Source: Octopus bimaculoides (Eukaryota). Taken from it: DNA of 64,000 nucleotides. The stretch spans positions 13,716,725-13,780,724 of the forward strand of contig NC_068998.1 in the NCBI RefSeq assembly GCF_001194135.2. Direction: 5' to 3'. The position numbers and the translations under genes are program-made. This document shows, piece after piece, positions 37,563-51,601 of the stretch; the stretch's first letter is position 1; every line of letters begins with the position of its first letter. Under the pieces are notes generated by a model. That model searched no databases, had not been told where the DNA came from, and was given only the letters and a program-made list of their open reading frames with translations.

Positions 37563-39151
37563 ATCTTTTCTTCTTAGGGTCTACATTTAGGAATTCAGTG
37601 TTCTTCCTTTTCTTTGTATGTGTGGTTTCGACTTCTTGTAACGGTGTTGGAACCTGAAAAGTGTCATATAGCTAATCCATTGGTATTTCTACTCCTGTTG
37701 GTTCCTTTTCTATGACTCTTTCCTTAAGCTGATTTCTCTGTCTCCTTTCCATTCCATTTCTGCTTCTTACACCATACATCATTCTTCCTATGTATGTTAC
37801 AATTCTTCTCAGTATTGTTTGCCATTTTTGTACATTCTTGCATATACCTTATCAGCGATTCTAAAGAATGTTGGCAAGTCTTTACTTGTACGTATTTTGT
37901 CTTCACTGGTAACAGTTTATCGAATAGTGACTTCACCTTTCTGGTAAACATTAATTCTCCTGGTGAACTTCCTTCTGGCGTATTTAGGTTCAGAGTTACC
38001 CTGTATACCCTTAAGAATTGTTGGATCGCGACCTCGTCCGGGCTTCTTTATTAGCTTTCTTTAAGGCTCTCTTAAAAGTGTTCACGAACCGTTCGGCCCT
38101 TCCATTCTATCTAGAGTGATGCGGTGCTATAGTTTTATGGTCTAACGTGAACATCTCGCAAAATCTTTTAAACACACAGGATACAAACTGTTCCTTTAAC
38201 AGAGACAATTATATCCGGTACACCAAATCTTGCGAACGGCTCGCGTAAGAAGTGTATTACCGTATATGAGGTTAGTCGTTTACACCCCGCGACATCAGGC
38301 CATTTTGTGTAGCTGTCCACTACTATTAAGTAATAATATCCATTTACCGGGCCTGCAAAATCGATATGCAATCTGGACCATGGTATTTTCACTTCCAGCC
38401 AAGGTCCACAATTTGTAGTAGGTAGTTTCACTGCCAGCGCACATCCCCTGCAGCCTTTTACCAGGTCTTCAACTTCTTTGTACATGTTTAGCTAACGTAC
38501 GAAACTTCGCATCAGCGCTTTCATTCCAGAGATGCCTGGGTGTCCCACATGCAACTCTTTTAGCGTTCTCTTCTGTAATGTCTGTGCTATAACCACCCTC
38601 TGAGCGTACATTAGTACACCATCACATATAAAGTACACGTTCACATCTTCGCGGTTATTTGCATCAGACCTTTCTTTATTTCCTTTTGCTGACCACAGTT
38701 CTCTTTTTGTCTCATTAATAAATTTATCATTTCCCGCATTTCTTATTATTTCTTCCAAAATTACAGGTAGTTCTCGCACGATGTTCCATATCACGTTTTC
38801 ATTTTTGTTTCAGTTCATCGACCTCGTTCGACTACTCTGTTTACGCTGTTGCACAAAGCGTTTATGGATGTATCCCATAAATTAAACTTCTCCATACATT
38901 CGGTGCCAAAGAAATTCATGGATTTTTTCAACACAAACATTCACTTTTTTGGTTCGACTTTTGACAATTATATTATAAACGCGTTCGCCCGTGAAATGAA
39001 ATTTCGTTCCCGTAACACCGTACGCTATTTTGTTTGAACTACATAATTTTGGTTTACCCATTTGTTCCCATGTTTTCTCATTTATGATTGTGATATCACT
39101 TCCCGTGTCTAATTGCATTTTGACACTAGTATTTTCAATTCTCACATTCAC
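37563..39151 (-). pseudogene. Ty3/Gypsy pol remnant: protease plus integrase, RT/RNase H deleted
   Basis: QLDTGSDITII (aspartic protease); LKELHVGHPGISGMKALMRS...CRGC (HHCC); PWSRLHIDFAGP..LIVVDSYTKWP..FARFGVP (rve); NGRAERFV; C-terminal VDPKKKRY. Confidence 0.92.
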
Positions 39152-39284
39152 AAATTTTCTGTTTGATCAAAGGCGTTCGTAAACCGAGGTACTACTGTAT
39201 TAAATGAGTAAATGAATATAAGAAAGACAAGAGATAAAGTACGATTTATTCGTGATCGGAGTTGTTCGAAAACCGAGGTTCTAT

Positions 39285-39338
<54 letters not shown>

Positions 39339-39399
39339 TATATATACGCATATATATATACACATGATGGCATCGTCAACAACAACAAAACTTCCTATC

Positions 39400-39976
39400 T
39401 TTTCTTTTATCTTTTGCTTGTTTCAGTCATTAGACTTCGGCCATGCTGGGGCACCGCCTTGAAGAATTTCTAATCGAATGAACCGATCCCAGTACTTATT
39501 TTGTTGAACTTAATCCTAGTAATTATTCTATCGGTCACTTTTGCGGGACCGCTAATGTTACGGGGACGTAAACTCACCAACAACAGTTGTCAAGCAGTGG
39601 TGGGGAACACACACTCAGACACAAACACACACACACACACAATCATGGTATATTCTGTTAAGAACGTAATAGAGCACAGTATAAAGCTCGCCCACCTTCA
39701 GATTTTACCCTCTGCTATCCAGGAGTAATATGATATGTACTTGCAGGTTTGCGTTTGGGCATCTGTCATGTGTGGATAGATAAACGAGAAAACTGGAGTC
39801 AGCAAGAAGGAGTACGGTTGGACATTTATTTTCAATCACTACAATCGTTTCTACGCAACGTAGTTGCATAATCAAGTACCTGCATGTCTGGAGAACTACG
39901 TTGCGTAGAAAAATTGTAGTAATTGAAAATAAATGTCCAACGGTGTACCTTCTTGTTGACTCCAATTTTTTTTAAT

Positions 39977-40010
<34 letters not shown>

Positions 40011-40185
40011 CATACATACATACATACGACGGATTTCTTTCAGTTTGTGTCTACCAAATCCACTCGCAAAATTTTGATCGGCCCGTGGCTACAGTAGAAG
40101 TCCCTTGTCCAAGGTGACACGCAGTGGAACTGAACCCGGAACCATGTGGTTGGGAAGCAAGCTTCTTACCACACAGCCACACCTT
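39400..40185 (-). mobile_element. SINE A tail (39400-39630) and SINE A head (40025-40185)
   Basis: Both match the family A consensus. Confidence 0.85.
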
Positions 40186-40392
40186 TGCCTATGTAGACGA
40201 ACTTCTCTAACTATTATCGACAACTGCAAAGCTTACAACTCCGTTTTTCACTATCCACTCCTTACGAAAATAAAAAATGAAAAATGCTCAACATTTCCTT
40301 ATGATTTACTATTAATATACTGAGAGTTAACAGTCTGTCAGTCCACTAACTCTATTTACTGTAAAGCCACACGTTTTCCCAGAATCTACACC

Positions 40393-40565
40393 ATTACCAA
40401 TGGAGTACCACAAGGATCAGTTCTTTCGCCGATACTTTTCAGTTTACACCTACACGGCCTTCCCACATATCTACAAAACATACAGCCAACCTCCTATGTA
40501 GATTATATCGCTCTCACATCCTACCACCATTCTCCAGATATCGCTGCAACACTCCGCCAGCCTTA
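40393..40565 (+). pseudogene. non-LTR retrotransposon RT fragment (motifs B'-C)
   Basis: ITNGVPQGSVLSPILFSLHLHGLP...SYVDYIAL. Confidence 0.8.
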
Positions 40566-40832
40566 TTAGATTCACCTAGTAACCTGACTCCAAAAGCATA
40601 CTGACACACATACAACCACACAACACAAATCTACCTACACTTATACATCACCATACACACACACACACACAAACACACACACACTCGTACGCGCACACGC
40701 ACACAAATGCCAACATTAACAAACGTACGCACAGACACATACCCATACATTTAGTAATACATATCCTCATACACACACCCACACACACACACACATACAC
40801 AGACACCCACACACATACACACACACATATAT

Positions 40833-41553
40833 AGGCGCAAGCGTGGCTGTGTGCTTCCCAACCACAAGGTTTCGGGTTCAGCCAAACTGCGTGGCACCTT
40901 GGGCAAGTATCTTCTACTATAGTCCGGGGCCGACCAAAGCCTTATCAGTCGATTTGTTAGACGGAAACTGAAAGAAGCTCGTCGTATATATATATATAGA
41001 TAGAATAGAGACAGCTGATNNNNNNNNNNTATTATATATATATATATATATGTATATATTTATATCTATGTGTTTGTCCCACCGCCGCCACTTGACAACC
41101 GGTGTTGGTGTGGTTGCGTCCCCGTAACATAGCGTTTCGACAAAATATACCGATAGAATAAGTACCAGGCTTATTCCGGTAGAATGAGTAGAATAAGTAC
41201 TGGGGTCGAGTCATTCGTCTAAAAAAAAAAAAACTCAAGGCAGTGCCCCAGCATAACTGCAGTCTAAGGAGTGAAACAAGTAAATATGTAGGGGCCAACC
41301 AAAGCCTTGTGAGTGGATTTAGTAGAGGGAAACTGAAAAGAAGCCCGTCGTATATGTGTATGTGTGTGTCCCAATATCGTTTGACAACCGATGCTGGTGT
41401 GTTTACATCCTCGTAACTTAGCGGTTCGGCAAAAGAGACCCGATAGAATAAGTACTAGGCGGCTTACAAATAATAAGTCCTGGGGTCGATTTGCTCGACA
41501 CTAAAGGCGGTGCTCCAGCATGGCCACAGTCAAATGACTGAAACAAATAAAAG

Positions 41554-41555
<2 letters not shown>
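40833..41555 (+). mobile_element. two adjacent SINE A copies (40833-41283, 41290-41555)
   Basis: Both match the family A consensus and are opposite in orientation to the copies at 39.4-40.2 kb. Confidence 0.85.
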
Positions 41556-41588
<33 letters not shown>

Positions 41589-41959
41589 CAATGCATCTCC
41601 ACAGACGCATATACGCTCGTATCGCGCATACACCCCTACATACATACACTTACCTATAAGCGACACAGCACATAACAGGTGCCACCACATGGTCGCTCAT
41701 GTTGCTAGAAATAGCAGCCAAAATCTCCCCAAAATTAGGACCTTTTGAAAATTTCGTAGCAACGTGATAGTCACGGATGCAATGTGTCAGGAAGGTATTT
41801 GCTTGATAAGAGCTGACTTGTACCTAAACAGCGACGCATGCACCTACATACATCTACACATTGCACATATACCTCAGCACAGCTACACACCTACACGCTC
41901 GGGTGCACCTGGACATATACACCTACAGTCACACACTGCGCACACACACACAAATAACT

Positions 41960-42320
41960 TTTGCATGCACATACGCACCTATGCATACGCCTACACACAC
42001 ACACAAGCAACCAATGCATATACATACGCCTTCACACACTCACACACAAGCAGCTTATGTATGCACATACGCACCTATGTATACGCCTACACACACACAC
42101 ACACACACACACAAGCAACCAATGCATACACATACGCACCTATGCATACGCCTACACGCACACACTCACACAAGCAGCTTATGTATACACATACACCCCT
42201 ATGAATACGCCTACAAACACACACACACACGAGTAACTAATACATACGCCTACACACAGCACATATAGAGCACAGCACATAGAGCACAGCGCATATAGAG
42301 CATACACATAGAACACACAC
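41960..42320. repeat. minisatellite (catacgcacctatg(c/t)atacgcctac(ac)n...) plus a short gcacatagag repeat
   Basis: Visible alternating units. Confidence 0.9.
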
Positions 42321-43550
42321 GTACGAATCCATCTCCATACGCATATCCGCATAGCTGACACACAGTTACTGTGTGAAACACGCCTATACGCAGACACGTG
42401 TCCCTAAACAACACGAATAAATAGTCTCTGTAATACACCAACTTACGCGAGAGAAATACAGAGAGACTGAGAAAGAGAGACAGAAAGAGGCATTGTACGA
42501 AAGACAGATGCTGTATGAGTGATATCTAAAGCGTAATGAAATTCAGCCAGTATGTTAACAGTTATCACACACCCAACTTTATCAAGAGAACGGCAGCAAC
42601 AACAATAACAAAGTTAATTCAAAGCCAGAACGACTGTAACATATCTTGTTAATGTAAATGACAGCCGCTATAGTGAACTAACGACTGAATCTCTGTCTTT
42701 CTCATTCTCGTTCTCTTCCTCCTTGCCTCTCTCCTTCTCTCTCTCCCCCTCTATCTCTTTCTTTCTCTCTTTATATATATATATATATATATATATATNN
42801 NNNNNNNNNNNNNNNNNNNNNNNNNNNNNNNNNNNNNNNNNNNNNNNNNNNNNNNNNNNNNNNNNNNNNNNNNNNNNNNNNNNNNNNNNNNNNNNNNNNN
42901 NNNNNNNNNNNNNNNNNNNNNNNNNNNNNNNNNNNNNNNNNNNNNNNNNNNNNNNNNNNNNNNNNNNNNNNNNNNNNNNNNNNNNNNNNNNNNNNNNNNN
43001 NNNNNNNNNNNNNNNNNNNNNNNNNNNNNNNNNNNNNNNNNNNNNNNNNNNNNNNNNNNNNNNNNNNNNNNNNNNNNNNNNNNNNNNNNNNNNNNNNNNN
43101 NNNNNNNNNNNNNNNNNNNNNNNNNNNNNNNNNNNNNNNNNNNNNNNNNNNNNNNNNNNNNNNNNNNNNNNNNNNNNNNNNNNNNNNNNNNNNNNNNNNN
43201 NNNNNNNNNNNNNNNNNNNNNNNNNNNNNNNNNNNNNNNNNNNNNNNNNNNNNNNNNNNNNNNNNNNNNNNNNNNNNNNNNNNNNNNNNNNNNNNNNNNN
43301 NNNNNNNNNNNNNNNNNNNNNNNNNNNNNNNNNNNNNNNNNNNNNNNNNNNNNNNNNNNNNNNNNNNNNNNNNNNNNNNNNNNNNNNNNNNNNNNNNNNN
43401 NNNNNNNNNNNNNNNNNNNNNNNNNNNNNNNNNNNNNNNNNNNNNNNNNNNNNNNNNNNATATATATATATATATAAATAAGCAACACATACATATATAT
43501 ATACATTTATATATATACATATATACATATATGTATGTATGTATGTATGT

Positions 43551-43581
<31 letters not shown>

Positions 43582-43621
43582 CACACACACATATATATAT
43601 ATATTCTTTTATTCTTTTTTT

Positions 43622-43928
43622 CTTTCATATGTTTCAGTCATTTGACTGCGGCCATGCTGGAGGACCACCTTTTATCGAAGAAATCGCCCCCAGGACTTAT
43701 TCTTTATAAGCCTAGTATTTATTCTATCGGGTCTCTTTTGCGGAACCGCTAAGTTACGGGGACGTAATCACACCAATATTAGTTGTCAAGCGATGGTGAA
43801 GGAACAAACACAGACACACAAACATATACATACATGCGACAAGCTTCTTTCAGTTTCCATCAACCAAATCCACTCATAAGGCTTTGGTCGGCCCGAGGCT
43901 ATAGTAGAAGACACTTGCCCAAGGTCCC
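43622..43928 (-). mobile_element. SINE A
   Basis: Matches the family A consensus; truncated at (TA)n and the gap. Confidence 0.9.
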
Positions 43929-45539
43929 ATCCATATATATATATATATATATATATATANNNNNNNNNNNNNNNNNNNNNNNNNNNNNNNNNNNNNNNNN
44001 NNNNNNNNNNNNNNNNNNNNNNNNNNNNNNNNNNNNNNNNNNNNNNNNNNNNNNNNNNNNNNNNNNNNNNNNNNNNNNNNNNNNNNNNNNNNNNNNNNNN
44101 NNNNNNNNNNNNNNNNNNNNNNNNNNNNNNNNNNNNNNNNNNNNNNNNNNNNNNNNNNNNNNNNNNNNNNNNNNNNNNNNNNNNNNNNNNNNNNNNNNNN
44201 NNNNNNNNNNNNNNNNNNNNNNNNNNNNNNNNNNNNNNNNNNNNNNNNNNNNNNNNNNNNNNNNNNNNNNNNNNNNNNNNNNNNNNNNNNNNNNNNNNNN
44301 NNNNNNNNNNNNNNNNNNNNNNNNNNNNNNNNNNNNNNNNNNNNNNNNNNNNNNNNNNNNNNNNNNNNNNNNNNNNNNNNNNNNNNNNNNNNNNNNNNNN
44401 NNNNNNNNNNNNNNNNNNNNNNNNNNNNNNNNNNNNNNNNNNNNNNNNNNNNNNNNNNNNNNNNNNNNNNNNNNNNNNNNNNNNNNNNNNNNNNNNNNNN
44501 NNNNNNNNNNNNNNNNNNNNNNNNNNNNNNNNNNNNNNNNNNNNNNNNNNNNNNNNNNNNNNNNNNNNNNNNNNNNNNNNNNNNNNNNNNNNNNNNNNNN
44601 NNNNNNNNNNNNNNNNNNNNNNNNNNNNNNNNNNNNNNNNNNNNNNNNNNNNNNNNNNNNNNNNNNNNNNNNNNNNNNNNNNNNNNNNNNNNNNNNNNNN
44701 NNNNNNNNNNNNNNNNNNNNNNNNNNNNNNNNNNNNGTGTCACTATTTTTCTTAATCTCCATATCAACACACAAACACACGTTATCTCTTTCATTATACA
44801 CGTTCATGTAGATTCTTTTTCTCTTTTCACACATGTACATCAAGCTCATACTCCACACATGTAGCCTCACCCTCTCTCTCTCTCTCTCTCTCTCTTCCTG
44901 TACACTTACACATCCTTCTCTTTCTCTCGCCACTCAATTTATCTGCACATCTACACATCTTCCTTTCTACTTCTCTGTCTATCTATTTATCTAGCTGCAC
45001 ATGCTGCACGTTACCACCCCTTTCTTTCTCTCTCCCTTCTGTCCCTCTCTGTCCCTCTCTCTCTCTCTCTCGACACTTCTACATACCCCCCTCTCCTCCT
45101 TCAGACAATGGCATGTGTCTTGATAAGGCAATTCTACAGTTAGATTTGCAATTTAGAGAATGTATAAATATAAATTAATAGGATTCACTTGTTGACAAGT
45201 TGCTTTTCATAACAAAAGACTCACATATATTCATATACATGCGGCATGTGCTTGTGAGTGAGTGTATATATGTGAGCATGTATGTATGTATGTATGTATG
45301 TATGTGAGAAAGAGAGGCAGACAGACTGAGACAGACAGTCAGAGAGACAGTGAGAGACTGTGTGTGCTGGTTCAAAGATTGAAACAAGTTACAAACAAAG
45401 GAAAGAACTCAATACACAAAAGGATTGAATTTTAGAATATATATGTTACGTCATTCATAAACTTTCGAGAGAACGTGAAATAATTCTTTTTTGTAACAAT
45501 GGCTCTTGAAGCACATAAAACTATAAATAACAGCCTGCT

Positions 45540-45724
45540 CTTTTACTTGTTTCAGTCATTTGACTGCGGCCATGCTGGAGCACCGCCTTTAGTCGAGCAA
45601 ATCGACCCCATGACTTATTCTTTGGAAGCCTAGTACTTATTCTATCGGTCTCTTTTGCCGAACCGCTAAGTTACGGGGACGTAAACACACCTCCATCAGT
45701 TGTCAAGCGATGGTGGGGGGACAA

Positions 45725-45764
<40 letters not shown>

Positions 45765-45920
45765 GACGGGCTTCTTTCAGTTTCAGTCTACTAAATCCAC
45801 TCACAAGGCTTTGGTCGGCCCGAGGCTATAGTAGAAGACACTTGCCCAAGATGCCACGCAGTGGGACTGAACCCGGGACCATGTAGTTGGTAAGCAAGCT
45901 ACTTACCACACAGCCACTCC
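45540..45920 (-). mobile_element. SINE A, near full length and young
   Basis: Near-consensus with CpGs intact. Confidence 0.92.
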
Positions 45921-46161
45921 TAACTCTTCTCGACACAAGACGCAGGCTGTGCATGGGATACGAATCCATATTTCCCATTGACATAAAAGATATTCTCGAC
46001 TTGTTTTTCTCCAAAAAGGTTTTTTCAACCCAATATTATTATTTGTAGCTTCATGCTCTTCAAGATCCACTGTTCCCAAAAAGGAAAATGTATGCATGTA
46101 TTCATCCTTCACCCTAGTGGCAAATAAATGAAATCATCATCATCATCACCATCACCATCAC

Positions 46162-46199
<38 letters not shown>

Positions 46200-46200
<1 letters not shown>

Positions 46201-46415
46201 GGGGCAAGCTGGTAAAATCGTTAGCGCGCCGGGCGAAATTCTTAGCGGTATTTTGTCTATCTTCACATTCTGAGTTCAAATTCCTCTGAGGTCAACTTTG
46301 CCTTTCATCCTTTCGGAGTTGATAAATTAAGTAGCAGCCAAGTACTAAGGTCTGTTTGATCTCCCCCCCCCTCCTCACAAATTTCAGGCCTTGTGCCTAT
46401 AGTATTAAAGATTAT
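46200..46415 (+). mobile_element. SINE B
   Basis: gagttcaaattcc B-box, cctttcatcctttcgg core, tail ending in (ATT/CAT)n. Confidence 0.85.
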
Positions 46416-46639
46416 TTTCATCATCATTATCATCATCGTCATCATCATTATCATCATCGTTATTACTATTACTATTTAGCGTCTGTGTGTGAAGAATGAG
46501 AATGGGAAACTTACTCTATTTCCGTTTTTCACACAAAGACACAAACACCCTTACACACCAGAAGCAGGGATTTAGTGAGGGATCAGATTCGAAAATATGA
46601 ATTAGTTCAAGTCAAGGTATTGAGCACTTGATCTTTCGC

Positions 46640-48585
46640 TTACTTTTACAAATTTATATAACTCAATCGAGTAGCTTCTACAATCGTAGAAATTGTACTT
46701 TAATATGGAATAATATTCATTTATTCAACAAAGATCACACTGGAACCGTGGAAGAAGCTTTACGCTAAGCACCTCATCGAAAAAAAAAAAAAGATTGAAT
46801 ACATCATCAAGCGAATAGGATGGATATCCTACTTCTTTGAAACTTACTCCACTGATACAATTATAGTTTAAGTTAAGAACCTCAAATTCCTCATCGCTGC
46901 AAGATCAAAAAACTTGAAACTGACCTAATCAGCCTGATTTTTAAAAGTTAAGGCTTAGACGCCATAGCTTCAAAATCCTCTTAAATATCTACGTAAAATC
47001 CGTTGAAGACACTCACAATATCTGCATATTTTTCAACAAAGCAGAAAGACGTACTCCGAATTTCTATCAGACAATCAGACAACATTATTAAAACTTACGA
47101 AGACAGTTTCCCAATACTTATAATCAGCCATGGACCATAAATATCATCTCAACTAAAACTAGGTAACAAGTTAGAACACCAAGCTATGAGTAATTCATAC
47201 ATCACATTAAAGAACCATAAAACCATTTTGTTTTTCAGTTCCACTTATAGATTAAATAACCCCACTAAAATGAATAGCGAATAATTAACAAACAAATCTG
47301 TAATCTCGAATATGAAACACTACGAAATTACCGCAATGGCTCGGTAGCGGAATGGTAATATCTTACCAAAATAGAACACAAGATATTATACATTCACCCA
47401 ACACGACATTGTGGAATTTTATCCATCAATTTCTAGACCCATCTGCAAAGCCTTAACAGCATTATAATGAGAGCCAGGATGACTTTTATTTAATGACGTT
47501 TCTTTATGGAACAACAAAAAAGGTGGGGTAAGGAACATTTCAATACTTATAGGGAGTGATTTGACTGGACGAAAATTTATGACCTAACTTGCTCTTTATA
47601 TTTAAGATAACTTTGAGAATAAATTCTCCAAGTATATGAGTATATAAGTACGACAGCCTAACAGTTTTCCACGACGTGAAAGCTTATAGCAAGTTTAGGA
47701 AATATTTCGTATATTTAACAGAAATTGGTATTAACCTTCGAATTGTTAATTTTCTCAGACATCATGTTAGATTTAACAACAGACGATCACAACTATAAAA
47801 AGATCAAAGAAGATATAGTTAAAAAAAAAACCCAATTAACCCTTCCTACACTCTTGCAGTCATAAAACACGTGGTAGGCAATATATATGAGATTGTATCT
47901 AACGACACATTCAGCCGAGCAACTATAACGGCACAATAACAAGCAACTTGTTTTCGTTATGAAAACAGAACAAGAGGAACATGTTTCACAAAACAGTAAA
48001 AATAGAAAAAGAAATGTCATCTACTTTATACCAGAGTCCAAAATATCCAATATCCGGCAATTTCTTGTCATATTAACTCTTTGTTAAAAACAATGGTAAT
48101 GTTAACTAAAATCGTTTCATTAATAGCGCATCTCAAATATCCAACAACAACAACATTCGTACAAACAGAAAGGCGCAAAGTAACCGCTAGCATGCCATTA
48201 CAAGAACGCCACGTCTTGTTCGCTTAATGACAAGGGCATCACAGATACACTTGTACACGTAGCAAAGATTATAACTGTAGATGATACCGAGAGGAAATAA
48301 TTTGACTTCGCAGAAAATTCATTTAAAACTAAATGCAAAAGAAAAAAAAACTCACTGCTTTACAATCATTTCCACCTCGCTATCAAAATAGAATTGAAGG
48401 TTAGCAAAATTAACATGAAAAGCTAGAGCCTCGCTCTAAATGCAATTTTATATTTAAATTTATCACAGGATATAACTTATGCTTTTCAAAAAAGTATATG
48501 TTGACTCAATGCGGTTGTATTTTTAAACAAAAATCCGTGGTGCTATCCGCGTGCGGCAATAAGAACAAATTTCTCGACTAAACCA
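46640..48585 (+). pseudogene. heavily decayed Penelope-like element: RT plus C-terminal GIY-YIG-like region
   Basis: SYITLKNHKTILFFSSTYRLNNPTK (KDHK..CRLINP-like); TFTQHDIVEFYPSIS (motif A); FDWTKIYDLTCSLYL (FDGAEICEL-like); VYKYDSL (YRDD-like); C-terminal CGNKNKF-like end. Confidence 0.7.
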
Positions 48586-48619
48586 CGGGGTAGAGACATC
48601 CTACGACATCCCATAGTTG

Positions 48620-48840
48620 AGTTGTAAGGTGGCGAGCTGGCAGAAACGCTAGCGCACCAAACGAAACGCTCAGCAGTATTTCGTCTGCTGTTACGTTTGA
48701 GTTCAAATTCCGCTGAGGTCGACTTTGCCTTTCATCCTTTCAGAATCGATAAATTAAGTACCAGTTGTGTATTGGTTCGATCTAATCGACTGGCCCCCTC
48801 CCACAAAATTTCGGGGCTTGTGCCTAGAGTAGAAAAGAAT
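48620..48840 (+). mobile_element. SINE B with 12-bp TSD
   Basis: atcccatagttg at 48608-48619 and 48841-48852. Confidence 0.92.
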
Positions 48841-49154
48841 ATCCCATAGTTGTAGTTTCCCTCCATACAGTACAACAATGATATCTAGACTATCACTGAC
48901 TCTCTAATAGTTGTCTCTATCTCACTCCTGTATAACTTACGGTCATCGTTTATACAGCTCTGCATTTCTGAACGCCTTATCAGCTGACAAAAGAAGACCA
49001 ATAAAAATTAAACAATGTTTTTATTCCGTGAATCTCAAAATAAGCTCTGTTATTCATCTTTTTAGCGTTGAGGAATTGCAGGTACCGAGGAACAAAATAA
49101 AGACAAAGTAAAACAATATTTTCATGAAAGTGTATGTGTGTGGGTGGGTATATG

Positions 49155-49204
<50 letters not shown>

Positions 49205-50074
49205 TAATATCACCAGTTTTCATTACATATATATAATAAAAACTGATGAATTTGATATTCATTCTTTATGTTTCAGTAATAACTCAGAAAAATATATGGA
49301 AATGCATCTATGTATTATAATTATCATGAGAGATTTTACAATTAGCAGTACCGAACAATCGTAAACGTGAATAGATTGTGTGATGTAGTGTTGGGTACAT
49401 TATACCTGAAAAAATATATAGGCGCGAGTATGGCTGTGTGCTCGTTTGTTTATGCCCCCTACAAAGGACCGATGGAATAAGCACCACACTTAAAAAAAAA
49501 AGTACTGGGGTCATTTGCTTCCCTAAAACCTTTTAAAGTGGTGATCCAGCATGGCCGTAGTTCAATTGCTGAAACGAGTAAAAGATAAATGGTGAAAAAA
49601 AAACCTGAGTAAATTGTAGATATAATGTTTCCTTGATCTGATAGAAATCTGCCTTAAACTACAAGCAACCGTCTTGAAAAAGAAAATAAAAGTTACTTTA
49701 GAAAATGTGATCCACGGTATACAATTCCTGAAAAAAAATGTGGGCTGATCATGGGTTAAATGGTTAAATACCCTTTGTTATAAGTTTGTTCAATTAGGAA
49801 GGTCCTGGGGCTATACATTAAAAAAAAAGACTTTAATTAAGGTTCAATTTGAAAGTATACACAGTCCTGTTGTATCGCTCCAGGTGAGCTATGATTGAGC
49901 AAACGGTTCGCTGTAGCAGTCTGATAATTACATAGCCGTAGATACAACAACTGTAATTTCATCGCAAGGTCATTATATCGCGAGCCAGTATACCAATTGG
50001 TCGACTGATGAACCGATTAAAATAATCGATTTGTTACTATGTTGACTAGATGATGATGGTATTTATGATAATAA

Positions 50075-50288
50075 TCCTGTCTACTATAGGCACAAGGCCT
50101 GAAATTGTGGGGAAGGGGGTAAATCGATTATATCGACCCCAGTGTTTCACTGGTACTTAATTTATCGACACCGAAAGGATGAAAAGCAAAGTCGACCCCG
50201 GCAGAATTTGAACTCAGAACATAAAGATAGACAAAATACCGCTAAGCATTTCGTCTGGCGTGCTAATTACTCTACCAGCTCGCCGCCT
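50075..50288 (-). mobile_element. SINE B
   Basis: Matches the family B consensus. Confidence 0.9.
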
Positions 50289-50451
50289 TAAATCATATTA
50301 ATATTAATAATAATAATAATAATAACAAGAAGAAGAAGAAGAAGAAGAAGAAGAAGAAGAAGAAGAAGAAGAAGAAGAATGTCCAGAAGAAAGGGTGAGA
50401 GAGGTTTGACTAGTTTCCAGGATTGTATCGAAACAGAGGAAAATAGCTTAG

Positions 50452-50890
50452 GATGGTATGCAAAAAATACCGTGGAACCATTGTTGAAACATGTGAAGAA
50501 TTTGACAAATTAAGTAAATATAAGGACCTAGAAATTGAAATACAAAAGATGAGGCATCTTAAAGCGAGAACTGTTCCTGTTATTGTAGGTGTCCTAGGTA
50601 TGATAAAAAAAAAAGGATGTCAGAAACATCTAGATAACATCCCAGGAGCACCATATCTCAGAGAAATCCAAAAGATTGTGCTGCCGACGTCCTTAGAAAA
50701 ACCCTATCCATTTAAATGTTTGTATTGTATTACATGAAGACATTTCATTACAGCCCCTGCCACTCCCCCCTCCCCCCAGCTTTCAGTCATACTGTAACAT
50801 CTCTTATCCTTCACTCGCCTTACGACGCTGGGTAAGTCACGGCAAGTGATTGTAACAAAGATGCAGATTAAAAGTAAAAAATCATGATAA
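50452..50890 (+). mobile_element. 3' end of an R4/Dong-type LINE (restriction-like endonuclease domain)
   Basis: EFDKLSKYKDLEIEIQKMRHLKARTVPVIVGVLGMIKK...LREIQKIVL. The 3'UTR ends at (AAT)n, and (AAT)/(AAG)n lies upstream. Confidence 0.8.
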
Positions 50891-51521
50891 TAATAACAAT
50901 AAAAGTTTCAAATTTTGGTACAGGGCCAGCAGTTTTTGAGGGGAGAAGTCAATTACATCTTCCTCAGTACTTGGCTGGNNNNNNNNNNNNNNNNNNNNNN
51001 NNNNNNNNNNNNNNNNNNNNNNNNNNNNNNNNNNNNNNNNNNNNNNNNNNNNNNNNNNNNNNNNNNNNNNNNNNNNNNNNNNNNNNNNNNNNNNNNNNNN
51101 NNNNNNNNNNNNNNNNNNNNNNNNNNNNNNNNNNNNNNNNNNNNNNNNNNNNNNNNNNNNNNNNNNNNNNNNNNNNNNNNNNNNNNNNNNNNNNNNNNNN
51201 NNNNNNNNNNNNNNNNNNNNNNNNNNNNNNNNNNNNNNNNNNNNNNNNNNNNNNNNNNNNNNNNNNNNNNNNNNNNNNNNNNNNNNNNNNNNNNNNNNNN
51301 NNNNNNNNNNNNNNNNNNNNNNNNNNNNNNNNNNNNNNNNNNNNNNNNNNNNNNNNNNNNNNNNNNNNNNNNNNNNNNNNNNNNNNNNNNNNNNNNNNNN
51401 NNNNNNNNNNNNNNNNNNNNNNNNNNNNNNNNNNNNNNNNNNNNNNNNNNNNNNNNNNNNNNNNNNNNNNNNNNNNNNNNNNNNNNNNNNNNNNNNNNNN
51501 NNNNNNNNNNNNNNNNNNNNN

Positions 51522-51601
<80 letters not shown>

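Noticed and set aside
50005-50035. CTGATGA followed by the hairpin CGATT-aaaat-AATCG
   Set aside because: No GAAA or helix I partner follows; at most a truncated hammerhead.
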